Assembly: GCF_009914755.1 (NCBI RefSeq)
Contig: NC_060933.1
Length of the DNA: 64,000 nt
From: the human T2T-CHM13v2.0 reference genome, Homo sapiens
Reading direction: 5' to 3' (one strand)
The notes below the pieces were generated by a model. That model was given only the letters and a program-made list of their open reading frames with translations, did no database searches and was not told the origin of the DNA. The stretch's first letter is position 1. The number at the start of each line of letters is the position of its first letter. Shown here piece by piece: positions 41,601 through 54,374 of this stretch. The position numbers and the translations under genes are program-made.

Positions 41601-42348
41601 GTTGGAGATACGTTTATGTTTGTAATGTTTGTAATTTTTCTTTTTCTTTTTCTTTCTTTTTTTTTTTTTTTTGCTTTTTCTCCATTGGATGGTGAGTGGC
41701 ATTATTGCTGTGAGCGAGTCATTCCACAATCCTTACCTTCCACCTTTTTAGCCCTTCTCAGGCATCACATCCAGGGTATTTGGTTGTTTTCTAGTGGGAG
41801 GAAAAAAAGAGAAATGAAAATGTGGGCATATAAACTTGGCAGTAGTGATTTTTAAAAGTGACCTTGAAAATGCGCAGAAAATGAAGAAATCCCCCATATA
41901 GTCGTCTACAAACAGCAGATACAAATGCAGATGCTCTCCTGCCCATGTTGACTATTTTCATACATGGAAGGATATGGCAAGAAGATCCCAAGAGGGTCCT
42001 CTGGGCTTTCCACCACTGATTGCCAGAAGCCCTTTCTAATCCATTAAACTTTCTTTTTTTAAAAACCTCTTTATTTTTTAAAGTATTAGAGTAAAGCCAA
42101 CTTCTAGTTGCCAAAATTAATAATATGCTTTGAGTTCCCCACGGAAAGGTGATACCTAAGACCTTTAGTGAAAATCTTTTCCAACTTTGTCCTTACTCCT
42201 AACTTTAAAACTCTTTACATTAGTAGGACTGTTTCCCCACTGTAAGTAATAAAACACTCAAATTGGTTTAATTGAGAAAGAGTAATTTATTCGACCACAC
42301 AAATGCAGGGAAATGGTATGTATGGCTTCAGGCCACTTTCTTTTTTCT

Positions 42349-42876
42349 ATATATATATATATTTTTTAATTATACTTTAAGTTCTAGGGTACATGTGCAC
42401 AACGTGCAGGTTAGTTACATATGTATACATGTGCCATGTTGGTGTGCTGCACCCATTAACTCATCATTTACATTAGGTATATGTCCTAATGCTAGCCCTC
42501 CCTGCTCCCCCCACCGCACGACAGGCCCCGGTATGTGATGTTCCCCTTCCTGTGTCCAAGTGTTCTCATTGTTCAATTTCCACCTATGAGTAAGAACATG
42601 CGGTGTTTGGTTTTTTGTCCTTGCGATAGTTTGCTGAGAATGATGGTTTCCAGCTTCATCTATGTCCCTACAAAGGACATGAACTCATCATTTTTTATGG
42701 CTGCATAGTATTCCATGGTGTATATGTGCCACATTTTCTTAATCCAGTCTATCATTGTTGGACATTTGGGTTGGTTCCAAGTCTTTGCTATTGTGAATAG
42801 TGCCGCAATAAACATACGTGTGCATGTGTCTTTATAGCAGCATGATTTATAATCCTTTGGGTATATACCCAAAGGA
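42349..42876 (-). mobile_element. 5'-truncated young L1PA (L1PA3/4-like) 3' end
   Basis: ttatactttaagttctagggtacatgtgcacaacgtgcagg...; intact ORF2 C-terminal peptide [31 protein letters not shown] (42660-42872, minus). Confidence 0.93.
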
Positions 42877-43168
42877 TTTTTTTTCTTTTTTGAGACCTGG
42901 TCTGGCTCTGTGGCCCAGGCTGGAGGGCAGTGGTATGATCTCGGCTCACTGCAGCTCCAACTTCCCAGGCTGAAGTGATCCTTCCTCCTCAGCCTCCTGA
43001 GTAGTGGGGACAGCGCACACCACCATGCCTGGATAATTTTTAATTTTTTTTTTGAAGTGAGGTCTTGCTAAGTTGCCCAGGCTGCTCTCAAAGTCTTGGG
43101 CTCAGGTGATCTTCTCTTTTTGGCCTCCCAAAGTGTTGGGATTAAAAGCATGAACCACTGTGCCCAGC
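42877..43168 (-). mobile_element. AluJ-like element whose tail hosts the L1PA fragment
   Basis: Diverged dimeric Alu in reverse; outer TSD ttcagg(c/g)cacttt at about 42327-42339 and 43170-43182 encloses both Alu and L1. Confidence 0.85.
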
Positions 43169-46100
43169 ATTCAGGGCACTTTTTATCCTAAGTTTAGAAC
43201 AGAGTCAGGTCTGAGCCCACCTCTCTGTGAATCTCTGAAGCTAAACTCCTTTCACATTGGCTGACCTTTATGGCAGCAGGAATGGATGCAGCAACTTCCA
43301 ATGCCATGTCCTTAGACTGTAAAACTTCTTTCCTAGAAATTCCTCAACCTCTCCTCCTTTCAGATTGGCCCCATATGGGTCATGTATCCATCCTTGTGCC
43401 AGTCACTGTGTCTGAGTATGGTAAGTTACTGAAGTCAGTCAGGACCCATCCTTGAAGCTGGGATTGGTCTGTTTTCCTGACACATGTGAAATGCACTGGG
43501 GAGGTCACACCTACCTAAGAGAAGGAGAAAAGGATGCTGGGTGTCCCCAAACAACAAATGTTCAAGACTTGGTTTTGTTGCCTTCTTTATGCTTAGCCTT
43601 TTTTCTTTTCCCTCTCTCTATCTAGCATGCATAAATGTAAAGTTGAATGCTGGGTGCTGAATTAGATGATTACAGTGATGTACAGTTATCAGACTAGTTT
43701 TTAATGAAATTTTTAATTTTTTAAATCAATACTACATGTGTGCATAATTTAGAGTTCCATTTAGAATTTCATAATTCTATAAGGCTTATCATGAAAAACA
43801 GCATCTTCTTCTGCCTCCTACACCAGTTTTGCTCTCTTCTCCTCCCCTGCACTCAAATACCCTAAGACAAACACTTTCAATTTGTTAGTTGATTTTTAGA
43901 TATTTATCTCCAAATTACCTAATTTTGTTGTAATTTCTTGACTTTTTAGTTTTAAGTATTATCTCTTAAAATTATTAACTACAATGGATATAATAATTTT
44001 AATAGATAATATTTAAACGATTTTTATACTCTTGCCCCAGTCTTTCTATGCATTCTACCTATGTAGTTATATTATTATTTTGGTTAGGCCAGTATACATT
44101 ATTATGGACACACAGTCTTCACAGCTAAGCCAAGTAGTAAACTATGATACTTGTGCATACTTTAAAATTTTCTCAGGATTCATAATTCATAATTTCTCTT
44201 TTTAAACATTTTCTTATTTTTATATATGTTTCAGTGATGCATTTAATTTCCAAATCTCTGCTATTTATTGAGTTATACTCTCAATATATTCAGACATATT
44301 GGGTTATCTGTCCATTTCATTTCCTTAGAGAAATCTTTCCCAGAATCTTCTGCACTTCTCCAATTTCAACTAGTGTGTGTCTGGGATACAGCTGTCATCC
44401 TTTCATTTTTCTTCACTGTCATTCAACAGGATCTCTGTCACTTTATCCTGTTTTGGATACTGTGTTTTCCATTTTCCCCAACTTCCTCTCTTTTGGTCTG
44501 CTCACATTTTGCCAGTAAGAAAGGGTATGTGAGAGGCAAATTTTCTGAGACCATGCCTATCTGAAATTGTTCTTCTCTTACTCTCCCTTTTGACTGATAG
44601 TTTGGGGGTCAAAAATACTCATCTAATTATATTAGAAATAATATCCCTTCAAAATAGTATTTTTTCAGAGGTTTCCCATGCCTTTTAGATTCCACAATTG
44701 CTCTTGAGTAGTTTAAAGCCATTGTGATTCTTAGTCTTTCTTGAGCAACTTGTATTTTTGATTATCTGTTTGGTTTTCCAATCTGGAAAGTTCTAGGGTC
44801 TCCTTATCTGCATGTTCAGAATTTCATGATGGTGTATCTTGCATGGATCTATTTTTATTCCTTGTGTACTCATCAATGGACTTTTGCTCTTTGGTTGAAG
44901 GGAATTTTCTTGAATTGTTTACAAATTCTTTCCATCCATTTTCTGTTTTTTTTTTTTCATGTAGAATTTCTAATTTATTTTTCATCCTTAAATTCCCTTT
45001 GTCTCTTTGCTTTACCTATGAACATTTCCTTATCTTTAAATTTTAACATTTCTCTTGGCCTTTTCACTTTTGCTATCATAATTTTAGTTTCTGCAAGCTG
45101 TTTTGTTCTTTAATTCTTCTTTTTTAAACAGCATGCTGTTTTTGTTTAATGGCTGCAATGGCTTGTTTTGTCTTTATGAGAATATTAATAACTCTTTTTG
45201 ATGTTTCTTTGCCTTTGATAGTCTGTTTTCTCTAAGCTGTTTTGTTCTTCTTTCTCCCCTGCTTGGTAATTCCCCTGCTTTGTGACCCTCAGCTCATATT
45301 TCAGGGTAGGATGCAAAGGTGGGTTTCGAAGCTTTAAGCACATGGATGGGGCTTGTGGGCAGATCCTCATTGGGGGACTCTGCCTGGGCTGCCGCTGAAC
45401 CCCCATGTCAGTATTTTTAGGCTTCTCCTCTTAAGCTGATCAGATTCCTCAGAAAAATTACTTCCGAACTCCTGCCCAGAGAGTAAAGATTTGCCTGGCA
45501 AATCTGTAGCACCTGAGTGGGAAAAACAACACGGGTGGGGCTCAGCTTTCAACCTACAAATGCTCACTTAGCCCCCTCTTTTTACTGCGGCACTCCTTGT
45601 GGTCTTCTAACCCAGAAGCATCTCTGTTTTACTCTTTTTAGAAAAAATTATTCCAGTCTTCTGCCAGATTAAAGGTAGTGGGGGTTGGGGAGCAATTATT
45701 CATTTGTACCAAGTGAAGCCGATCTCAGACTCTAACTGCTGCTGTTTCGTTTTTTAATAACCCCCACCCCTTTGCCCCACCAAGCTTGACTGCTTCTTAA
45801 CAGCTAAAACATCCTCTTTGTATTGGTTCCTTACTTCCAGAGGTACCTGTTGCTGCAAATTACTGAACGTTTCAGAGATTTTATGTGTAAATTATGTTGC
45901 TTACTGTCTTTTTCCTCCCCTGGCTTAGCTTTTCAGTTTGTTAGAATTGATAAGTCATTATCATTAATCTGTCTGCTTTCCAGCTTCTAAAATTTTGTCA
46001 TTGATGTCTCTTCCCCTATTCTCCCCCTCCTTGCAGGTTTATGCAACCTTCTCCATCTTCCTCCCCAACCCCCTCAAAATTTCTTGACTGTCATGTTTGT

Positions 46101-46868
46101 GAAAGGGTGAAAGTTCAATTCAATGTATTTACCTCCGCAGTTTAGGCAAACCTTTGTATTTCCTACACTAGGAGAACAATGGTTTTATGTCCATCTTCAC
46201 TCTGTTCATCCCACAGTGCTTACCTGAGGTATTATTTTGAAATAGAGTCTGGGATGGAGTCTACCTTAGTGAGAATTTATTAGAATTGTTTAGTCTCTGC
46301 AGAAGATGAGGTGGTTGAAGCACATACATCACATATACTAGCAGTGCTTTTGTATAATTTAATATTATCAAATTAGTACTTAAGAATGGAAAATTCTGAC
46401 TTATAAGATCTAAATTCTAATTAAGGCTTATTGTTATCTTTATTGTTTTAAATGATAATATAATGCTATAGCATGCTATTCATCTGATATTTTTTCCATA
46501 ATGTGTATGGCCACCCAGTAAACACCTACTGAATATCTACTGAAAAATGAGGAACTCTTTTGTTGGAAAAATATAAAATATTCATCACATAAGCAATAAT
46601 GTATAAATGTTACAAAAAAGTAGTACATTCATTCTGCCTTGTTTAGAATATGTGAAGCCTTTGCAAACTAAGAAACATGGAAATATTTTGAACATTAAAA
46701 TGGTAAATATTATGGGAAAGTAGAGCACATTTGGACAATACAGATTTCTGGCCACCTCATTCAGAACCATTAAGCACACTGAAAGCTACGTTTTTATTTG
46801 CCTCCTGTTCATCTTCTCTCTCTCTCTCCTTGTTTTTTTTTTTTTTTTTTTTTCTGTTTTGTGAACAG

Positions 46869-46891
46869 CTGCAGCTGCTGGTCGCCAGTAA
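46869..46891 (+). CDS. TMC1: TMC1 terminal coding exon (24), (A)AAAGRQ*
   Basis: Long T tract then gtgaacag|CT GCA GCT GCT GGT CGC CAG TAA, followed by a second in-frame TAA. Confidence 0.94.
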
Positions 46892-47689
46892 TAAGTATCC
46901 TGAGAGCCCAGAAAAGGTACACTTTGCCTTGCTGTTTAAAAGTAATGCAATATGTGAACGCCCAGAGAACAAGCACTGTGGAACTGCTATTTTCCTGTTC
47001 TACCCTTGATGGATTTTCAAGGTCATGCTGGCCAATTAAGGCATCATCAGTCCTACCTGAGCAACAAGAATCTAAACTTTATTCCAAGTCAGAAACTGTT
47101 TCTGCAGAGCCACTCTCTCCCCTGCTCCATTTCGTGACTTTTTTTTTTTTTTTAACAAATTGAGTTTAGAAGTGAGTGTAATCCAGCAATACAGTTTACT
47201 GGTTTAGTTGGTGGGTTAATTAAAAAAAATTTGCTCATATGAACTTTCATTTTATATGTTTCTTTTGCCTGAGTTTCCTTAAACTGAGAGCAGAAATATT
47301 TCACCCTTTTTCCTCTAAGTTCAGAAATATTTGCAAAAAGTACTCATTGTAATCATTCATTAACTCACTTTTTGAAACCAATACCTTATTTTCTCTTTTT
47401 TTCTACCTGTCTCCCCAACCACGCGCCCCACAAATATATTCCTAAAACCTTTGTATTTGGTGCTGGATTCAGTATGAAAAGAAATAGGGTTTTTAGAAGA
47501 AAAAAAAATCCTATATGAATTGGGGCCTGGATAGCACTGAGTTGAAGATCTTGAAGATCTCTTACTTTGAGAAGGTACATGAGTCTTACACAACCTAGCT
47601 TTTTATGAGATAAAATTAAAAAAAAAAGGAAAGACATCATAAATGACTGTTGTTCTCTCACAGTCTGCTCATTTGTCTTCCAATGATCA

Positions 47690-48399
47690 TGTTATCAGTG
47701 GTGAATCCATACAGGTCTGCATCAAACTCGATACAATTCTTGCCTCCTTGGAGGGAAGAATTCAGCTGAGGGGCAGAAGTAGGTTTATGGCAGAGGGAGA
47801 GAATGAGGCAAGTTTTAGAGCAGGAGTGTAGGTTTATTAAAAAGTTTTACAGCAGGAACAAAAGGAAATAAAATATACTTGGAAGAGAGCCAAGTGGGCA
47901 AATTGAGAGTTCCAAGTGCCCTGTTCAGCTTTGACCTGGGTTTCTATACACTGGCATGGTTCTGGAGTTTGCATCTCTCCCCGCTTGATTTTTTTGGCGG
48001 ATGGGCTGTCCGTGTGGATGGTGGCCTGCCGGCAGTTGGAAGGAGCTATGTGTACAATGTGTTACTGAAGTTGTGTGCCTGCTCACTTGTGACGTTTTCC
48101 CTTACCATCCAGCGTTCCTGGAGGAAGGTCATATACTAGTTAAACTCTGCCATTTTGCTTAGTGGGCATGCTTGAGCCCACTTGCCCAACTCCTAAGATC
48201 TCCGGCTCAGGTGTTTTCTATCTATTGGGAGACTGTCTTTCCCTAGCACTGGTTGCCACTAATTATTATTTTAGAGAGATAGTTTAACCACCACCTGACC
48301 ATCACCAAATGGTCACCTGACATTCCTGTGGGATGGGTGGTGGGGGGCCTCTCTTGCCCTGCTTATGTTTTTATGTTTGCCTAACTACCTACTCTAACA
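47690..48399 (-). mobile_element. ERV1 solo LTR (MER50-like) downstream of the TMC1 stop codon
   Basis: TG...CA termini, perfect 4-bp TSD ATCA (47686-47689, 48400-48403); the minus strand begins tgttagagtaggtagttaggca. Confidence 0.85.
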
Positions 48400-49186
48400 A
48401 TCATATCCTGTAAGCTTGGATTCTAATGTTCTATAATTTTTTTCTTTGCTTTTTTTGTTAAGGTCAGGAAAACACACTTCTGTTGGGGGCCTTAATTTAT
48501 AGATATGTTTAAGCATTATTATGGATTTACAGTTTGAATTGACTTTAAGTAGTAACACTCAGTGCCCTCACTAGCCTTGTTGTGCGACTTTAATTGCATA
48601 GCTTAACTCAGTGTGCCTTTCCAAAACTAAGCCAATTTGCTTGCCATTCCCTGCAGTTGACTTACTGATTTCTATTATCCTGTCTCTGAGTTTCTCATTC
48701 TTTTTGATCACCAAAAGGCAGCCATAGAATAATCGCACTGTTTCCCTGCCAGTTCTAAACTTTATTCCTCTGGTTGTCTTTTTCAGATTGACTTCCATTC
48801 TCAATCTTATCACTCCCTTTTTAGGATTCCTTGGGCTCTTATGTCTGTAATTCAGAGTCTATTATTTATATTGATTTTCATGTGACTTGTAATGGTTCCT
48901 TATTATTTTTTGATGCATGGATTATCTTTCTTGTCCTTATTGTAAATTCTCTGTGAGCAGGGGTTGTATCTTCTAACTCTTTTGTATGCCTAGTATAGTG
49001 CTGTGCACAAGTAGGCGCTGAATAAATGCTTGCTAATTAAATTGAATCAATTTAACTTACAGCAATTGTGTTATGAGACAAAAACTTCTGTTACCTGCAT
49101 GAAAACATTTTACTATGATGTAAGAAATGGATTATCTGTTGATAGGCTGAGTTTATTGTTTAATTAGATTATAATGCAGATGAGTA

Positions 49187-49192
49187 AATAAA
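49187..49192 (+). terminator. Candidate distal polyadenylation signal (AATAAA) of TMC1
   Basis: AATAAA followed by GT/T-rich sequence (gctagtgtttatttct...tttttgcactgtgt). Other candidates: ATTAAA about 47219, AATAAA about 47866 and 49021. Confidence 0.45.
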
Positions 49193-50497
49193 GCTAGTGT
49201 TTATTTCTACTTGGATCATTTTTGCACTGTGTAGTAGTAAGATTAGCAAATTGATTTATTGTTTTGCCACATTTACAATGTGGATTGCACTTCCTTCTCT
49301 TGATCTATGTCACAAAGATGATGAAAGATGACAAACTGTTCCCCAAAGACATTCATCTCCTAAAGGCAATGTACTTTTAGGACGAATGTTCATGTTATAG
49401 ACATTCAGACATGATATGCCGAGTTTCAATATTTCCATAAATTAAAAAATATGTTGGATTTTTATAGCACCTAAATAGTCACCTGATTTAAGTTAAGCAG
49501 CTTTTGACATTTTAACCCTTTCGGTCTCCAGAGAATTGTTGAAAATATTTTCATATTACTATATGGACAAGAATCTGAAACATGAAGACCAGTTCCAAAG
49601 CTGTTTTATGGCTATTCAGAGAATAGCCTTCCACTAGGATGATCTGATTGCTATTATTTATTTCTGTATCTTCATTTCCATATATAATAATCAAAGCTAT
49701 TGGAGAAATTTAGAAGGTAAAGAAGCAAACAAAAATCTAGACTTCGCCTTTTATTCCTTCTGAGAACAATAAAAAAGCTCCGAGAAATATGTGCAAAAAC
49801 TAGATTTACTTATCTAAAGAGCTTTGCCGTTCACTTGAAAAACAAAGAACTGCATTTCAACACATTCTTTGAATTATTTATTTAGGCTTCTCAGAGGAAC
49901 ACATAGTTTAAGCTTTATCAAGGGGTTTATATTAACAAAATTTTGACCTGAGCTATGTTTTCCTATCTTGATGGATCTCTACAAGTATGAGAGCCAGAAA
50001 TATAACCAAAAGAATAAGTAAGCAGGATTTCAAAAACAAGAGACTCAAGAATGAGATTTGCATGTGTTCGCAGCTCTCAGTGCACATATGCACTCGCATT
50101 CTTGGAGGAGACTTTGAGACCTAACGTTGATGTTAAAAAAAAAAAAAACCCACAAAACTGTAGTCATAGCCTTCATTCCCATATAACTCCTGTAAGAAGG
50201 AAATGCCATTACATGATGGCATCAGGAATTCTTAAGCCCCTTCATGAGCTATCTTTTTCTTGAAGTTCTTTTGTAACAGATCACTTTGGCTATTTGGCCT
50301 CAAATGGTCTGGTTGCCTTTTCCAGGACTGATTTTGATGACTCAGCAGTTATGAATAATGAAAAAATGTGTACATAAAATGCTTGTCCTCTTCTGACAAG
50401 TTAGATGTTGTATTACACACATTTTCTTCATATATACCACAAAGAAGTTTCCATACAAATCCTATGGTTATTTAAAAATTTATAAAATGGTATATAT

Positions 50498-53435
50498 ATA
50501 TATTTTTTTTTTTTTAATTTATTTTTTTATTGATAATTCTTGGGTGTTTCTCACAGAGGGGGATTTGGCAGGGTCATGGGACAATAGTGGAGGGAAGGTC
50601 AGCAGATAAACAAGTGAACAAAGGTCTCTGGTTTTCCTAGGCAGAGGACCCTGCGGCCTTCCGCAGTGTTTGTGTCCCTGATTACTTGAGATTAGGGAGT
50701 GGTGATGACTCTTAAGGAGCATGCTGCCTTCAAGCATCTGTTTAACAAAGCACATCTTGCACCGCCCTTAATCCATTTAACCCTGAGTGGACACAGCACA
50801 GGTTTCAGAGAGCACAGGGTTGGGGGTAAGGTCACAGATCAACAGGATCCCAAGGCAGAAGAATTTTTCTTAGTGCAGAACAAAATGAAAAGTCTCCCAT
50901 GTCTACTTCTTTCTACACAGACACGGCAACCATCCGATTTCTCAATCTTTTCCCCACCTTTCCCGCCTTTCTATTCCACAAAGCTGCCATTGTCATCCTG
51001 GCCCGTTCTCAATGAGCTGTTGGGCACACCTCCCAGACGGGGTGGTGGCCGGGCAGAGGGGCTCCTCACTTCCCAGTAGGGGCGGCCGGGCAGAGGCACC
51101 CCTCACCTCCCGGACCGGGCGGCTGGCCGGGCGGGGGGCTGACCCCCCCACCTCCCTCCCGGACGGGGCGGCTGGCCGGGCAGAGGGGCTCCTCACTTCC
51201 CAGTAGGGGCGGCCGGGCAGAGGCGCCCCTCACCTCCCGGACGGGGCGGCTGACCGGGCGGGGGGGGCTGACCCCCCCCACCTCCCTCCCGGACGGGGCG
51301 GCTGGCCAGGCAGAGGGGCTCCTCACTTCCCAGTAGGGGCGGCCAGGCAGAGGCACCCCTCACCTCCCGGATGGGGCGGCTGGCCGGGCAGGGGGCTGAC
51401 CCCCCCCCCCACCTCCCTCCCGGACGGGGCGGCTGGCCGGGCAGAGGGGCTCCTCACTTCCCAGTAGGGGCGGCCGGGCAGAGGCGCCCCTCACCTCCCG
51501 GACGGGGCGGCTGGCCAGGCGGGGGGCTGACCCCCCCACCTCCCTCCCGGACGGGGCGGCTGGCCGGGCGGGGGGCTGACCTCCCCACCTCCCTCCCGGA
51601 CCGGGCGGCTGGCCGGGCAGAGGGGCTCCTCACTTCCCAGTAGGGGCGGCCGGGCAGAGGCGCCCCTCACCTCCCAGATGGGGCGGCTGGCCGGGCGGAG
51701 GGCTGACCCCCCCACCTCCCTCCCGGACAGGGCGGCTGGCCGGGCGGGGGGCTGACCCCCCCACCTCCCTCCCGGACGGGGCGGCTGGCCGGGCGGGGGG
51801 CTGACCCCCCCACCTCCCTCCCGGATGGGGCGGCTGGCCGGGCGGGGGGGCTGACCCCCCCACCTCCCTCCCGGACGGGGCGGCTGGCCGGGCAGAGGGG
51901 CTCCTCACTTCCCAGTAGGGGCGGCCGGGCAGAGGCGCCCCTCACCTCCCGGACGGGGCGGCTGGCCGGGCGGGGGGCTGACCCCCCCACCTCCCTCCTG
52001 GACGGGGCGGCTGGCTGGGCAGGGGGCTGACCCCCCACCTCCCTCCCGGACCGGGCGGCTGGCCGGGCAGAGGAGCTCCTCACTTCCCAGTAGGGGCGGC
52101 CGGGCAGAGGCGCCCCTCACCTCCCAGACGGGGCGGCTGGCCGGGCGGAGGGCTGACCCCCCACCTCCCTCCCGGATGGGGCGGCTGGCCAGGCGGGGGG
52201 CTGACCCCCCCACCTCCCTCCCGGACGGGGCGGCTGGCCGGGTGTGGGGGCTGACCCCCCCATCTCCCTCCCGGACGGGGTGGCTGGCCAGGCTGAGGGG
52301 CTCCTCACTTCCCAGTAGGGGCGGCCGGGCAGAGGCACCCCTCACCTCCCGGACGGGGCGGCTGGCCGGGCGGGGGGCTGACCCCCCAACCTCCCTCCCG
52401 GATGGCACGGCTGGCCGGGCGGGGGGGCTGACCCCCCCACCTCCCTCCCGGACGGGGTGGCTGCCGGGCGGAGACGTTCCTCACTTCCCAGATGGGGTGG
52501 CTGCCGGGCGGAGAGGCTCCTCACTTCTCAGACGGGGCAGCTGCCGGGCGGAGGGTCTCCTCACTTCTCAGACGGGGCGGCCGGGCAGAGACGCTCCTCA
52601 CCTCCCAGACGGGGTCTCGGCCGGGCAGAGGCGCTCCTCACATCCCAGATGGGGCGGCGGGGCAGAGGCGCTCCCCACATCTCAGACGGTGGGCGGCCGG
52701 GCAGAGACGCTCCTCACTTCCTAGATGTGATGGCGGCTGGGAAGAGGCGCTCCTCACTTCCTAGATGGGATGGCGGCCGGGCGCAGACGCTCCTCACTTT
52801 CCAGACTGGGCAGCCAGGCAGAGGGGCTCCTCACATCCCAGACGATGGGCGGCCAGGCAGAGACACTCCTCACTTCCCAGACGGGGTGGCGGCCGGGCAG
52901 AGGCTGCAATCTCGGCACTTTGGGAGGCCAAGGCAGGCGGCTGGGAGGTGTAGGTTGTAGTGAGCCGAGATCACGCCACTGCACTCCTGCCTGGGCACCA
53001 TTGAGCACCGAGTGAACGAGACTCCGTCTGCAATCCCGGCACCTCGGGAGGCCAAGGCTGGCGGATCACTCGCGGCTAGGGGCTGGAGACCGGCCCGGCC
53101 AACACAGCAAAACCCCGTCTCCACCAAAACCAGTCAGGCGTGGCGGCGCGTGCCTGCAATCGCAGGCACTCGGCAGGCTGAGGCAGGAGAATCAGGCAGG
53201 GAGGTTGCAGTGAGCCGAGATGGCAGCAGTACAGTCCAGCTTCGGCTCCACATGAGAGGGAGACCGTGGGGAGAGGGAGAGGGAGAGGGAGACGGAGAGG
53301 GAGAGGGAGAGGGAGAGGGAGAGGGAGAGGGAGAGGGAGAGGGAGAGGGACGGCTTCTCAGATTTTTAAATTTTTTTATTTTTCCTCATTGTTGCAAGAT
53401 GGCTGCTACAGCACCAACAGTCACATTCACATTCC
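50498..53435 (-). mobile_element. SVA retrotransposon #2, full-length, long VNTR, with an 85-bp 5' transduction
   Basis: Poly-T, SINE-R, about 1.9-kb VNTR, Alu-like region, (GAGAGG)n to 53350, unique 53351-53435. TSD TAAAATGGTATATAT at 50483-50497 and 53436-53450. Confidence 0.96.
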
Positions 53436-54374
53436 TAAAATGGTATATATTAATGACAGCACATTTGGAAAATGTTAATAAAATAAAAATGTAGAAGTCC
53501 CACATTTCCACCACTCAAAATAACGTCTGTTAACATTTTGTTTTAGATTTGCAATTATATATGCACAGACTCAATAAAAAAGTGTGGACCATAAGATATA
53601 TCTAGTTTTATCCCACTTTTTAATTAAACATTTTCCTATGTCACAAAAATTACTTCAGGAAATCTTAATAGGTATCAAATATTCCTCTACATTAATATAG
53701 CATAATTATTTTAATTATTCTACTTTGTACACTTAATTTAAAGATTAAATTGCAAAGATTAACTTTACATTAAAATAGAAGGATTAACTTTAAATTTGAC
53801 TCCTTTTAGAACACATTTTTGTGTCAAGGCATTGATGGTCAATATAGACTTTCAAATCAATATATACACATTTTAACGCAGCTTGATCAACATATGGATC
53901 AATTATATTACTTACTACCACTTAATATGTTTCCTATTTCATAGCAATGAGCCTTAGAAGTCACTAAATTTTTCTCTTTATACTATTTTATTTGTGGTTA
54001 CATAAACTCTCTATAGGAATTATCTCTGTTTCTTTTAAAGACATTTTAAGGTTAAGGAAAATATTTAAAACCATTATTTGGAAGCCAAATCTCACATGAT
54101 GCATAAAATCAAGTGTCATCTACATCTGATAACCAATCCAAAGTGCCACGTGTGAAATTAACTTTTTTCTGTTTGATTTAGAAATCTTTGGTATTAGTTA
54201 TATTTATGTTTTGATTTTATTAAAAATAACTGGTCCAAAATTATTCTCTCACTCAATGAAAACAGATAGTGTCACTGATATTTTATTATGATTTGAATTT
54301 TTGTATTGTCACTTTCATGAAGGTCATGTTTTTCAGGTTATTATCATGGTTCAGACATAAAGCCCATGGGACAA

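Noticed and set aside
51030-52900. Regularly spaced repeats superficially like a CRISPR array
   Set aside because: Units are tandem with no unique spacers and match the SVA VNTR; eukaryotic context, no cas genes
50993-53494. Many long GC-rich ORFs on both strands (also 16648-18256 and 61844-62791)
   Set aside because: They are translations of SVA VNTR/Alu-like/hexamer sequence, which is stop-poor, and recur almost identically in all three SVAs; not genes
54320-54328. aaggtcatg is the reverse complement of catgacctt at the SVA #3 junction (62787)
   Set aside because: A 9-bp match over an 8-kb distance is compatible with chance; there is no other sign of inversion
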